From IMG/VR virus record IMGVR_UViG_3300044453_000120, positions 1 to 53,002 of that record: a stretch of 53,002 nt of DNA; one strand, 5' to 3'. The DNA is from a virus. Its lineage: Duplodnaviria > Caudoviricetes. Under the pieces are notes generated by a model. That model worked only from the letters and a program-made list of their open reading frames with translations. It was not told the DNA's origin and made no database searches. Made by a program: the position numbers and the translations under genes. Shown here piece after piece: positions 16,513 to 25,416 of the stretch. The first letter of the stretch is position 1. Each line of letters starts with the position of its first letter.

Positions 16513-17385
16513 ATGCCTGAGATAACCGCCATTACAGAGCTTGAGCTGGGTGCCAAGCTAACTGAAAAACTAGATATTAACAGTGCATCCACAGTGCAAG
16601 CGTTGTCACTGCTTAGAATTGGTGTATTTGTACCAATAAAGCGCGCTAAACAAAAAAATGGTTTAGATAGGCCTGTATTTAAAAGCGACGTTAGTGACGA
16701 GTTTAGAAAGTTAGAATTTGCTCGATCAGAAGGGTTTGAAAATATCAATATTACAGGCCCAGCACTTAATTTTGAAACCGATTTTAAAGTGTGGTGTGGT
16801 GTGATCCGCGCCTTCAATACATACGGTTATAACAGCGCAAAGATTACCTTTAGTTTTCAAGAGTTCGCAAAGTCATGCGGGTTCACATCAAAACAGTTAG
16901 ATGAAAGGCTAAGAACAAGAATACATGACGCCTTGGTGCGTATACGAGGGCAAGTGATTGAATTTACAAAGCCGCAGGTCAGCAAGTCATATATTGGTGG
17001 CTTGCTTCAATCTGGCGGCTTTGATGCTGCGGCCGACACCATAGAATTGGTAGCAGACCCAAAGCTATGGGAGTTATACAGTATCGATCACCAAGTACTA
17101 TTAAAACTCAATGTACTAAGTAAGCTTAATAGGTATGAGACTGCGCAATGTCTCTATGCCTATATGAGTGCATTACCACAAAACCCCGCGCCTGTGAGCT
17201 TCTCACGGTTGCGAGAAAGGCTTTGTTTAACATCATCCGTAAAAGAACAAAACAGAGCCATCAAAAAGGCCATTGAAAAGCTACGTGAGATAGGGTTTTT
17301 AAAAGGTGACATTGTAAGAAAAGACGGTGAAAACTACTTGATACTCCACAGCCTAAGCCAAAAGCTAGAGCTTAAAACAGTGTAA
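16513..17385 (+). CDS. repA: Plasmid replication initiator, P1 RepA/RepFIB-like
   Basis: TVQALSLLRIGVFVP, GPALNFETDFKVWCGVI, LWELY..D..VLL; flanked by iterons. Confidence 0.9.
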   Translation: MPEITAITELELGAKLTEKLDINSASTVQALSLLRIGVFVPIKRAKQKNGLDRPVFKSDVSDEFRKLEFARSEGFENINITGPALNFETDFKVWCGVIRAFNTYGYNSAKITFSFQEFAKSCGFTSKQLDERLRTRIHDALVRIRGQVIEFTKPQVSKSYIGGLLQSGGFDAAADTIELVADPKLWELYSIDHQVLLKLNVLSKLNRYETAQCLYAYMSALPQNPAPVSFSRLRERLCLTSSVKEQNRAIKKAIEKLREIGFLKGDIVRKDGENYLILHSLSQKLELKTV

Positions 17386-17386
17386 A

Positions 17387-17613
17387 GGTGTAGTCTGTAC
17401 GGGAAGATTCCCGTTTGTACTACACCAAATACCGCCAAAATTAGCAAAAAGTGTAGTCTGTGGGGGAGTCTTCCTGTTTACGCTACACCAAACACCGCCA
17501 GAATTGGCAAAAGGTGCAGTTTATGGCGGTTTTCCCCGCTCACACTACACCAAATACCGCCAGAATTGGTAAAAAGCGTAGTTTACGGTGGCTTTTCCCG
17601 TTTGCATTACACC
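17387..17613. repeat. Downstream iteron array (incA-like): four tandem units of about 62 bp, each an inverted iteron pair plus linker
   Basis: GGTGTAGT...CGGG / CCCG...ACTACACC plus an AAATACCGCCAGAATTGG-like linker; same iteron core as the origin. Confidence 0.85.
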
Positions 17614-17666
17614 AAAATGCCGTTGAAATTAACGCATAATATAATCGGCCCGCTATATACATAACA

Positions 17667-17963
17667 TTAACCTTGCTCTTTAATCTGCAATTGAACTTTA
17701 AGAGGGTCAAGTTCATTCACGGTATCACTAATAATACGATAGCTAACATGAGCGCTTGATAACTGTTGTTCGATTTCACGCTGTTGCTCGCCAAAAACAG
17801 AAAGCGTAATAACATTACCACCTTTAAAGCTGCTGATCGGACGAAGCCCCTCAACTGTATCACTAAGCAATGTTAAGCTACGAACTAACTCAATGTGCTC
17901 TGATAAAGTAAAGTAGTGATTGAAAGCGCGTATTTTTTGCGTTAAATCATTAAACTGACACAA
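17667..17963 (-). CDS. Hypothetical protein
   Basis: ORF only; weak start. Confidence 0.45.
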   Translation of the reverse strand: MCQFNDLTQKIRAFNHYFTLSEHIELVRSLTLLSDTVEGLRPISSFKGGNVITLSVFGEQQREIEQQLSSAHVSYRIISDTVNELDPLKVQLQIKEQG

Positions 17964-18012
17964 TAGCGATTTTAATTGCTCAGGGGGCCAGTTTGAAACT
18001 GACTTTTGAACA

Positions 18013-18561
18013 TCAAAAACATGAATTGTATTGTTGGTTTTTGTATCTAGCTGTTTGGCTTAAAATAGATTGCTGCATAAAAAACCACAACCCCGCTGCA
18101 CTCTCTATTTCACTGCTGGGCGGCACGACATCACAGCCATATTTTTGCTGTAGCGCTTTGCCCATTTCCCAAAGGGGTAAATCACCAGGTACTACACTAG
18201 CCGACTCTCTTAAAAGTGCTAATACTTGCAAGCTCGGCACCTCTGGTAATGATTCAAATGCGTTTGCTAATTCAATAGCAATGGGCAAACTTTTCATTTT
18301 CTGCCCTGCTGAATCCATGCTTTCCATGAAGATTTTACCCAGCTCAGTAAGCTGCTTGTTTGTGTTGCTTTTGCCATCAATTAAAAATCCACCTTCAACC
18401 GCCAAGTGATAAGCTGTATGACCAGACCAATAACCGTTAGTCTGATCTCTTAGCGTTTTGAAAAGCTGCTTGCGCTGGTCCTCAATTGGCGCTAAGGCAA
18501 GGTTTTCAGTCCAACGCTCAGAAAACAACTTGCCGATAATCTTGTCTATTACACTGTCCAT
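18013..18561 (-). CDS. Hypothetical phage protein
   Basis: 182-aa ORF in the leftward accessory operon. Confidence 0.6.
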   Translation of the reverse strand: MDSVIDKIIGKLFSERWTENLALAPIEDQRKQLFKTLRDQTNGYWSGHTAYHLAVEGGFLIDGKSNTNKQLTELGKIFMESMDSAGQKMKSLPIAIELANAFESLPEVPSLQVLALLRESASVVPGDLPLWEMGKALQQKYGCDVVPPSSEIESAAGLWFFMQQSILSQTARYKNQQYNSCF

Positions 18562-18569
18562 AATTTTTC

Positions 18570-18902
18570 CTATTGGGCAATTTTCAGTTCTTCTTTAATC
18601 TTGGCTTTGCGGCCACGCATCCAAAAACGACGATAAAGCCGACGTTCAATCGCTGGAGCAAATTTGAATTTTGGAATTTGCTTCGGGATAGATAGCGGGT
18701 GCTCAACTGAGCAATACCCATCTTCTTCAATTTCATCTTGAAAGTAGCGTGTTCTTGCTCTGGCGTTACATGAAGGGCATGGCTCATCACCCCCTTCCGT
18801 CAAACCGCGAGAGTCACCACTATCTGCATCCCATAAGAAGCCATCTATACAAACAGCATCAGGGTAGTGAGCACCAAAATGAGCACCTTGATAATTACAC
18901 AT
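18570..18902 (-). CDS. Cys-rich hypothetical phage protein
   Basis: MC...YPDAVCIDGFLWDADS...PCPSCN. Confidence 0.7.
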   Translation of the reverse strand: MCNYQGAHFGAHYPDAVCIDGFLWDADSGDSRGLTEGGDEPCPSCNARARTRYFQDEIEEDGYCSVEHPLSIPKQIPKFKFAPAIERRLYRRFWMRGRKAKIKEELKIAQ

Positions 18903-18992
18903 TTAGTTTATTCCTTTAGTCTTTGAAGTGCGTCAAAAAACTTTACATGTAAAGAAACTAGACACACTAAATCTACTACCAATATTAGATGA

Positions 18993-19139
18993 TTAGCTGT
19001 TGTAACCAGCTTTTGCTGAATCAATCGCGTGTTGGTTATACACATACGCTTTGTTGAATGCATTTAAAAACTCCGCAAAATCTAAACCTTGCTCCTTGCA
19101 CTCAACCCCAAAATTAAAACAATCTTGATCCCAATCCAT
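18993..19139 (-). CDS. Small hypothetical protein (48 aa, not in ORF track)
   Basis: GAGGGG RBS; MDWDQDCFNFGVECKEQGLDFAEFLNAFNKAYVYNQRAIDSAKAGYNS. Confidence 0.55.
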   Translation of the reverse strand: MDWDQDCFNFGVECKEQGLDFAEFLNAFNKAYVYNQHAIDSAKAGYNS

Positions 19140-19162
19140 AAACCCCTCTCTTTTACCAATGC

Positions 19163-19399
19163 TTAATCTGCTTTCTGCAAACGCTTTAAATTTAGCTCTA
19201 GGTTTTCAATTACTGCGGCTTTTGGTGTCCAATTGCCAGCATCATTTTTATACCCATGTAACAAAACCTGCTCAGCATCAAAGATAAGATCATTAAGCTG
19301 CTGCTCAAGCTCTAATAGAGCTTCGTGCGCTTGCCGAACATGAGCTGGGTGGCCAGTCCTCTCTGCGTACCACTTTTTAAATGCTTCTGCTTTGGTCAT
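19163..19399 (-). CDS. Hypothetical protein
   Basis: ORF in operon. Confidence 0.6.
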   Translation of the reverse strand: MTKAEAFKKWYAERTGHPAHVRQAHEALLELEQQLNDLIFDAEQVLLHGYKNDAGNWTPKAAVIENLELNLKRLQKAD

Positions 19400-19423
19400 G
19401 ATTTATTATTCCAATACGTTTTA

Positions 19424-19960
19424 TTAAACGGCAATCTTAGCGCTGCGCTCTTTTAAACAAGCTTTAATAGCGTCCAAGATTCGACATAAATAAATGAACT
19501 CGGTAGAGTTCTTACTTGGTATGCAGTACCACCATTCACAACCCATGATTTCATAAAGCAGATCATGATTGCTCGAATCATGAAACCATTCTTTTTCTGG
19601 CACTATATCTTTCACTTTATCCCACAATTCACGAGCTTTTTCTTTGTCATAATCCTCTGAACGGCGCATTTCAATGATTTGCTCATAACATTTATCAATG
19701 AAGCCGTCATAATCATCTTCGCTCAATGCTGATAAAGTGGATAAGTTTTTAGACAAGTAATGATTGTCAGTGCTTAAAACAAACTCTTCTAATGTGCACT
19801 TACCCATAGCGCCCCAGCCAGCCGACCAACTATCACCAAAAACTTCAATCGTGAGTTTGCCACGGCCTAACTCAAAGTTTTCTATATAAACCGTCACGGG
19901 GTCTAGACAGGGTACGTCTTTGATAAGTAACTTAGTTACTGTTGATTCGGTCCAATTCAT
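19424..19960 (-). CDS. Conserved phage hypothetical protein
   Basis: LDPVTVYIENFELGRGKLTIEVFGDSWSAGWGAMG, a pattern seen in phage early regions. Confidence 0.7.
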   Translation of the reverse strand: MNWTESTVTKLLIKDVPCLDPVTVYIENFELGRGKLTIEVFGDSWSAGWGAMGKCTLEEFVLSTDNHYLSKNLSTLSALSEDDYDGFIDKCYEQIIEMRRSEDYDKEKARELWDKVKDIVPEKEWFHDSSNHDLLYEIMGCEWWYCIPSKNSTEFIYLCRILDAIKACLKERSAKIAV

Positions 19961-19988
19961 AAATCCCTCAATTATTCCAATGCTCTAG

Positions 19989-20339
19989 TTAAGCTGAAAA
20001 AGGCTTAAATTTCGGTGGCGTGTATTCAGCCCAACCGACTAACTTATATTCATCATTAAATTCAACAGGCATATAATAACTGTCAAAATAGTCGTGCTGC
20101 TTATCCAAAACCCAACCAATTGATTCGTGCGGTTCACCATCAGGACCAACAAGGCAATCTTCATCATCAATATCAAGCGGCCTGTTTTGGTAGAAAGCAA
20201 GGAACGTATGAACTCGCTTTTGCCTTTCGATGCTAGATGCTGTAATCGGCGCTTTAGTTTCTACAGCAAGCCAAAATAATAGCTCACTACCTTTTTCAAC
20301 TTCTGGCGTTGTTTCTGGTCTTTGCCAATTTAATTCCAT
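19989..20339 (-). CDS. Hypothetical phage protein
   Basis: Start placed at MELNWQ after a GAGG RBS. Confidence 0.65.
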   Translation of the reverse strand: MELNWQRPETTPEVEKGSELLFWLAVETKAPITASSIERQKRVHTFLAFYQNRPLDIDDEDCLVGPDGEPHESIGWVLDKQHDYFDSYYMPVEFNDEYKLVGWAEYTPPKFKPFSA

Positions 20340-20358
20340 AAATTCCTCACTTTCCAAT

Positions 20359-20775
20359 CTAATTAACTTCTTCAATTTTTGACATAAAAGCTTGCTCACA
20401 TGGCAGCTCGACATAATGCGTAAATGTCACCCCATTAGCAGGGTAAAAAGTGCCTGTATCAGCGCAATGCGCAACATATTCCGTGTCGAACATGTCACCT
20501 GTCCAAACCAAAAGATTTTGGTCTGGCGGGCAATCTTCGTATGTCTCTATTTTTGTCATGAGGAAAAGTAAAAGATCTAAACCAATTATGCCTTTTAGTT
20601 GCCCATCTTCATCAGAAAAAGAGGCTTTGCCACGCTCAAAACCAAGAGCGTATGCTTTGTCTTGTAGGCCTGCCACTACATCATTTAAATTTACTGTAAA
20701 AGCGTTATGAGCGACCTGAATGGCTGGCATATCGTCGCCATGAATCTCTGTTTTATCTGACATATTTATATTCAT
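20359..20775 (-). CDS. Hypothetical protein with DUF551-like C-terminus
   Basis: PPDQNLLVW...FTHYVELP. Confidence 0.6.
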   Translation of the reverse strand: MNINMSDKTEIHGDDMPAIQVAHNAFTVNLNDVVAGLQDKAYALGFERGKASFSDEDGQLKGIIGLDLLLFLMTKIETYEDCPPDQNLLVWTGDMFDTEYVAHCADTGTFYPANGVTFTHYVELPCEQAFMSKIEEVN

Positions 20776-20796
20776 ATTTCACCTATTCCAACTTTA

Positions 20797-21033
20797 TTAA
20801 TTTACGGTATGCATTGAGCTGGCCTGTTCAGCAATGCCGTTTCTATATTGAGATTGGGTTTCTGTAGCCGCTTCGATAAGTTCTTGCAAAGCTCCGTCTA
20901 CTTCATCTAATGTTTTGCAGTCATACGCATTTAAAAATCCCGCTATACAATGCAGCGCAGTGTTATCTTTCATGCTTACCAGTTCCTCGATGTTATCAAC
21001 CGCATAAGCGGCCACTTCTCTTGCGCCTGACAT
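20797..21033 (-). CDS. Hypothetical protein
   Basis: ORF in operon. Confidence 0.6.
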   Translation of the reverse strand: MSGAREVAAYAVDNIEELVSMKDNTALHCIAGFLNAYDCKTLDEVDGALQELIEAATETQSQYRNGIAEQASSMHTVN

Positions 21034-21034
21034 A

Positions 21035-21955
21035 TTAAAAACCTCTAAGGTTTAGTTTTATTTCATCGGTTTTATCTCTGACCTGAGTTAACAACAACAA
21101 GCTTTCTTGCACAGGTTTAGGCTGAGATAGCAATTGATACTTAGATAAAAAGCCGTGGCCTTTTTTTGTAGTTTTAAATAGATTTTCTGGTGAAAAATTG
21201 CGGTTGTTACCATCCTTGAACCTAACGACTTCATCGTTCTTGACTGGCCCAAAGTGATTTTCATACACAATGACTTGCTTAGGCTTCCACACGTTAGGTT
21301 CAGTAACTTTTACTCTGATATACCCGTTTTCTATTGCTTCTGAGCCAACAGGCAAAGCGGTGTGATGAGTGCCACCTTTTTTAAAAGCAGTTTCATTTAC
21401 TTCATAACCGACTTTCTCGGTGAACTTGGACTCACTTTTTATTTCGTGCTTAGATAAGACATTTTTGAATTGCACCATAGTTAAACCAAGTGCGTACTTT
21501 TCATTGAACATATTCAATAAAATGGGGGCGGTGTAAGTGCGATATTCTTTCTTGAGCCAATCAATCTGAGCGGCAGAAAGCTGAAATTTAAACTTCCCCT
21601 TGGTTTTAAAGCCGCCTACACTCTTAAGTCCCAAATTATGCATGATGTTTGCAAACTGGTGGTGAGTGTAATCACCCCCAAACTCACTGATAAAGCCAGC
21701 TCTCAACTCTGCGATTGTCTCAGCCTTATAGCGCTGCTTGATCCAAAGCGTTTGCGCATCATTTAACTGAAACTTTTTCTTCCTTTGCTTTTTAGTCACA
21801 ACTGATATTTTATGCTTTTGCATACAGGCCAATAACTGGCGTTCTGTTTTGTTTAAACCAAAGCATGCGTTAAATTGCTGAGCAACGCCCGTCATATCAA
21901 CGCGCTTAGTTGCATCAGCAAGGAACGCTCTATGTTCCTCGCTGTAAACAAACAT
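21035..21955 (-). CDS. HNH endonuclease-like protein with three N-terminal helical repeats
   Basis: C-terminal VYENHFGPV..VVRFKDGNNRNFSPENL; repeated FQL..AQ..W.K..Y units. Confidence 0.75.
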   Translation of the reverse strand: MFVYSEEHRAFLADATKRVDMTGVAQQFNACFGLNKTERQLLACMQKHKISVVTKKQRKKKFQLNDAQTLWIKQRYKAETIAELRAGFISEFGGDYTHHQFANIMHNLGLKSVGGFKTKGKFKFQLSAAQIDWLKKEYRTYTAPILLNMFNEKYALGLTMVQFKNVLSKHEIKSESKFTEKVGYEVNETAFKKGGTHHTALPVGSEAIENGYIRVKVTEPNVWKPKQVIVYENHFGPVKNDEVVRFKDGNNRNFSPENLFKTTKKGHGFLSKYQLLSQPKPVQESLLLLTQVRDKTDEIKLNLRGF

Positions 21956-22185
21956 TACTTATTACCCCCGACCTGAAGCATCTTAGGCATATTTGTTCTG
22001 CCATACTCCACTTTCATTTCTTCCGCTTTCAATGCCAGTGCTGCATTACTTATTGCTGACTTAGCGATTTTGTCCATTGCATCAGTTCTAGTCACCTCAT
22101 GCTTTAATTCCTCATCTGTTAAATCAGGATTTGACAACCTATCTAACTGCGCAAACAAATGATCATTTAGGGCACCTAAGCTCAT
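21955..22185 (-). CDS. Conserved phage hypothetical protein (HNH neighbour)
   Basis: LNDHLFAQLDRLS...EVTRTDAM; start at MSLG after an AGGAG RBS. Confidence 0.7.
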   Translation of the reverse strand: MSLGALNDHLFAQLDRLSNPDLTDEELKHEVTRTDAMDKIAKSAISNAALALKAEEMKVEYGRTNMPKMLQVGGNK

Positions 22186-22323
22186 ACCTTTCTCCTTAAC
22201 TAAAATATTGAATAAATCAACTTTGATGTATAAACTATAAATCAAAGTTGATTTATTTTAAAGCCTTTTTGCATCATTTTTGATTTATTTTGTAAAAGGC
22301 ACTAGGATCGCGAGATTGCAGAA

Positions 22324-22605
22324 TTGGACGATAAGACATTGCCAAAAAAGTTAGATTTAGATGACAACCCTCAGTACATATCCGCACTGAGAAGCTTTTT
22401 AAAAGCTGAGCGAAAAAAGATGGGGGGCACAAAGGCGCTCTATTTGGCGCTATACGGCACTGAACCGGAAGAAAAAGAAGAAAAGCGGCTGATTAACTTG
22501 TTAAATCGCGGTGCGCTGTCAGGGGAGTTTATCGGCTTGTGTGTTGATAAGCTGGGGCTAGCAGATAGAACGCTGGGTGAAGCGTTTGGTATACATCAAA
22601 GTTGA
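22324..22605 (+). CDS. Small putative DNA-binding regulator
   Basis: Divergent ORF flanked by three copies of ATCAAAGTTGATTTA. Confidence 0.55.
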   Translation: MDDKTLPKKLDLDDNPQYISALRSFLKAERKKMGGTKALYLALYGTEPEEKEEKRLINLLNRGALSGEFIGLCVDKLGLADRTLGEAFGIHQS

Positions 22606-22608
22606 TTT

Positions 22609-22630
22609 AAAAGGCCGCTAGTGCGGCCTT
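22609..22630. terminator. Terminator between convergent genes
   Basis: AAGGCCGC-TAGT-GCGGCCTT. Confidence 0.65.
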
Positions 22631-22647
22631 GTATATTTCCTATTATA

Positions 22648-23022
22648 TTAAAGCTCAGCGATATCATAGGTTTTTGGATATGTGCCTTCAATGATGGTAA
22701 TAGTTTTACCCTCTGTTTTGAATGAAACCTTTGTATCTGCTGGGTGTGTTCGCCAGCGACCTTCCGTTCCATCATTACGAACTGAACCCCAATGAATACG
22801 ACTACCTTTTATTTTGCATTTGTAACTCCATTTAGAGTTGTCACTTTTACGAATATATGACAGATACTTAACATCATCATTTGTACTATTGATAGTTATA
22901 ATTGATGGACTTTTACCCATAATAGTAGCAATTCCTGCTTTACATATTTGATCCGTAGAAATGTTAGCATTAGCTGATAGACTAAAAGTGACTAGCGATA
23001 TAGCAACAATATATTTATTCAT
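22648..23022 (-). CDS. Exported protein
   Basis: Signal peptide MNKYIVAISLVTFSLSANA; two Cys. Confidence 0.75.
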   Translation of the reverse strand: MNKYIVAISLVTFSLSANANISTDQICKAGIATIMGKSPSIITINSTNDDVKYLSYIRKSDNSKWSYKCKIKGSRIHWGSVRNDGTEGRWRTHPADTKVSFKTEGKTITIIEGTYPKTYDIAEL

Positions 23023-23053
23023 TTTAAAATGATTTCCTTAATCAGATTACAAG

Positions 23054-23143
23054 CTATACAAATAACGTAATAGTAGCGATGCTTAACTGAACTAAACTTG
23101 CCAGCGCTGCATCAGATAGCTCTAATGAAACGTTTAACTTCAC
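23054..23143 (-). CDS. 29-aa hydrophobic peptide (not in ORF track)
   Basis: GGAGG RBS then GTG; MKLNVSLELSDAALASLVQLSIATITLFV. Confidence 0.5.
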   Translation of the reverse strand: MKLNVSLELSDAALASLVQLSIATITLFV

Positions 23144-23532
23144 AGAAACCTCCAATTTAAATTATTAAAAATAATTGAAGCAGGTATGTGTTTACTGTAC
23201 GCTTATGACGTTCTAAGATCGAAAGCATACTTTCTAATACACATTAAGCAACAATGCGTGTTAGTAGCATTTCGTTAGATGCTGTGTTGGCGCACAGCGT
23301 CTAAAACTCTTTTAATATCAAAAACTCACTAGCCCATCATATTAAAAAATATCGCTACAGCCCATAAGATACATGCATTAATAAAATTCGCAATAGAGCA
23401 AGTTACTGTGAATTGTGGGTAACCTTTATTGTGTTAGTAGGCGTTAACTTGGCGAGCTTTTTGCGTTAAGCCACCATAAGAAAATCAATGAAGGGACGAT
23501 TATTTTTTGTTAAATTGAAAAAAAACAGAAAA

Positions 23533-23579
23533 ACACCATATATTGTGCTTTTACAATATAAAAGCACAATATATTGGTG
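23533..23579. promoter_or_regulatory. Tandem NrdR-box-like operator pair forming a palindrome of about 48 bp
   Basis: ACACCATATATTGTGC-N15-GCACAATATATTGGTG. Confidence 0.55.
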
Positions 23580-23580
23580 T

Positions 23581-23970
23581 CTATATATTGGCGCCATGTA
23601 ATTTGAATTCAGCAAGTGCCATGTGATAAATGACAAAATCGTCAGCTATCTCTTGTATTGAATAATGCTTGTTCTTATTAATCGTTTCGTTTGTCCAACC
23701 GTCTAAACATTCAGCACCACATAAACATTCACCGTCATACCAAACAAGATCACCTACTTTTGTTTGTTCACCGAGATATGCACGCTCGTAATCATGTTCT
23801 TGCTGTTCTAATTCGCCAGGTGATAGATAACTAAAATTATCTAATCTTTTGTGAACTTCATCTATTAAAGCTTGAGAAGGTAGTTTTTCCTCTGCGTTCG
23901 CATCCTCAGCCCAAGCAATTAAAGCCTTTTCTATATCATCTTTATTAATTACTAGCTTATGTTTAGCCAT
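23581..23970 (-). CDS. Hypothetical acidic protein
   Basis: GAGG RBS; 129 aa. Confidence 0.65.
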   Translation of the reverse strand: MAKHKLVINKDDIEKALIAWAEDANAEEKLPSQALIDEVHKRLDNFSYLSPGELEQQEHDYERAYLGEQTKVGDLVWYDGECLCGAECLDGWTNETINKNKHYSIQEIADDFVIYHMALAEFKLHGANI

Positions 23971-23985
23971 TTTAAATTCCTCTTT

Positions 23986-24595
23986 GATATTCCAATGGGG
24001 CGCAACAGCGCCCTAATTTAATTCTAAAACTGTGTAACTAAGCTTTTTATTATGTGCATAACTAATTGCTTCGTGATTAATAAAGGGAAAGCCAATTATA
24101 ATTTTTTTGTGAGTGGCGCTTGAAGAAGTGCCACTGGCAAAAACTTTATTACACAGTTTTTTTTGTGCGCTTGAATGTAACGACTCCATTGTTAAAATCA
24201 ATGATTTGGCCGCTTATCTTTTCAGACAATTTATCTATTTGATCATTTTTAAATGAGTCGGACACGGACAGTATTTTTACGCTGCCTTCTCCTGTCCAAT
24301 CTGAAAAAGCAGACCTGAGAAAATCGTTAAGTTCAGATTTGTTTTTTATTTCAGGAGCTTTACTGAAAATCTCATAGTTGTACTGCCAAGCATCTAAGCC
24401 GCGAGCATAGTCATAATCAATTCTTAATTTCATAATTAATTCCTTGTTATTTGGCAAAATTGCCGCTGCTTGTTCAGCAGTTAACGATATTCCAATGGGC
24501 GCAACAGCGCCCTAATTTAATTCTAAAATTGTGTAACTAAGCTTTTTATTATGTGCATAACTAATTGCTTCGTGATTAGTAAAGGGAAAGCCAAT
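23986..24595. repeat. Direct repeat of about 110 bp (23986-24096 and 24486-24595)
   Basis: Near-identical (one indel, two substitutions); encodes IGFPF.NHEAISYAHNKKLSYT.LELN* plus a hairpin. Confidence 0.9.
24149..24457 (-). CDS. Hypothetical protein between the direct repeats
   Basis: 102-aa ORF; likely start MKLRID. Confidence 0.55.
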   Translation of the reverse strand: MPNNKELIMKLRIDYDYARGLDAWQYNYEIFSKAPEIKNKSELNDFLRSAFSDWTGEGSVKILSVSDSFKNDQIDKLSEKISGQIIDFNNGVVTFKRTKKTV

Positions 24596-24808
24596 AATGT
24601 TATATCCGATCTCCCCCATTAGCTCTGCTTTACGCTCATCAAGTTTTTGACCCGCTTCTCTTGTTTCATGCAAAGCGTTCATAATAAACGCCTTGCAATC
24701 TTTCGCTAACACCTCAATTTCAGGTATCTTATTTAATAAAGGTTCTAGCTGCTCATCAACAGAGCAAAGAAACCTAAACTCTTTTATTTCAACTATTACA
24801 TATTCCAT
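24512..24808 (-). CDS. Hypothetical protein
   Basis: Start placed at MEYVIV. Confidence 0.6.
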   Translation of the reverse strand: MEYVIVEIKEFRFLCSVDEQLEPLLNKIPEIEVLAKDCKAFIMNALHETREAGQKLDERKAELMGEIGYNIIGFPFTNHEAISYAHNKKLSYTILELN

Positions 24809-24812
24809 TTTT

Positions 24813-25379
24813 TTACCAAACCTCTGCCATTTGACCACAATAAGGACACTTTACTGTGTCTCCGTGTCGATAACCTAAGCTACCTAAATCCTCATGTTGA
24901 CAGTTGCTAACCATCGCTTTTGCTGCCTTTGATGCAAACTGACCTTTGATTTCTATTGAATGTTTTTTGGCTAAGTCAGTCAGCCACTTTATTTGCTTTT
25001 CTGTTAGTTTTCGTTTTGTTTTAATATCGTTTAGAAACTGACACTCATAATCACTCAAACCGAAGCAAGCCAAAATGCTTTCACACGTTTTTTTAATGCT
25101 CGCGTTATTGTTTTTCTTCGCCTTTTTAACAGTATTTTTTTTAGCTTTCTGCGACTCGAAAAAGCAATTAATCACTTCTGAATGTGCTTGCATGAATACA
25201 TCACGTACAGCTTTATTTGAGAAAAGATCAGGTTTAATACTGTTTAGTATCGAACCACGTTCCGAAGCGGTTGAATGAGGTGTGCCTTCAACGATACTCT
25301 TTGCATAATCATAAGCTTTACTCTCTCCATCACTTTTGAAAATGGTTTCAAATTTCTCTATCTGCTGCGAAGTAATCAT
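24813..25379 (-). CDS. Hypothetical protein with C-terminal Zn ribbon
   Basis: CQH...CPYC at the C-terminus. Confidence 0.65.
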   Translation of the reverse strand: MITSQQIEKFETIFKSDGESKAYDYAKSIVEGTPHSTASERGSILNSIKPDLFSNKAVRDVFMQAHSEVINCFFESQKAKKNTVKKAKKNNNASIKKTCESILACFGLSDYECQFLNDIKTKRKLTEKQIKWLTDLAKKHSIEIKGQFASKAAKAMVSNCQHEDLGSLGYRHGDTVKCPYCGQMAEVW

Positions 25380-25416
25380 GTCCTTGCCCTTTTGTTAATC
25401 TCTTAAGTTGAGACTA

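Noticed and set aside
17387-17613. CRISPR array
   Set aside because: Whole units are similar to each other, there are no unique spacers or cas genes, and the core matches the origin iterons.
23533-23580. Protelomerase target (telRL) of a linear N15-like prophage
   Set aside because: The palindrome has a non-palindromic centre and no protelomerase gene was recognised; it fits NrdR boxes better.
24013-24201. Independent functional gene
   Set aside because: Its C-terminal half is the duplicated end of ORF 24512-24808 and its start overlaps another ORF; probably a recombination by-product.
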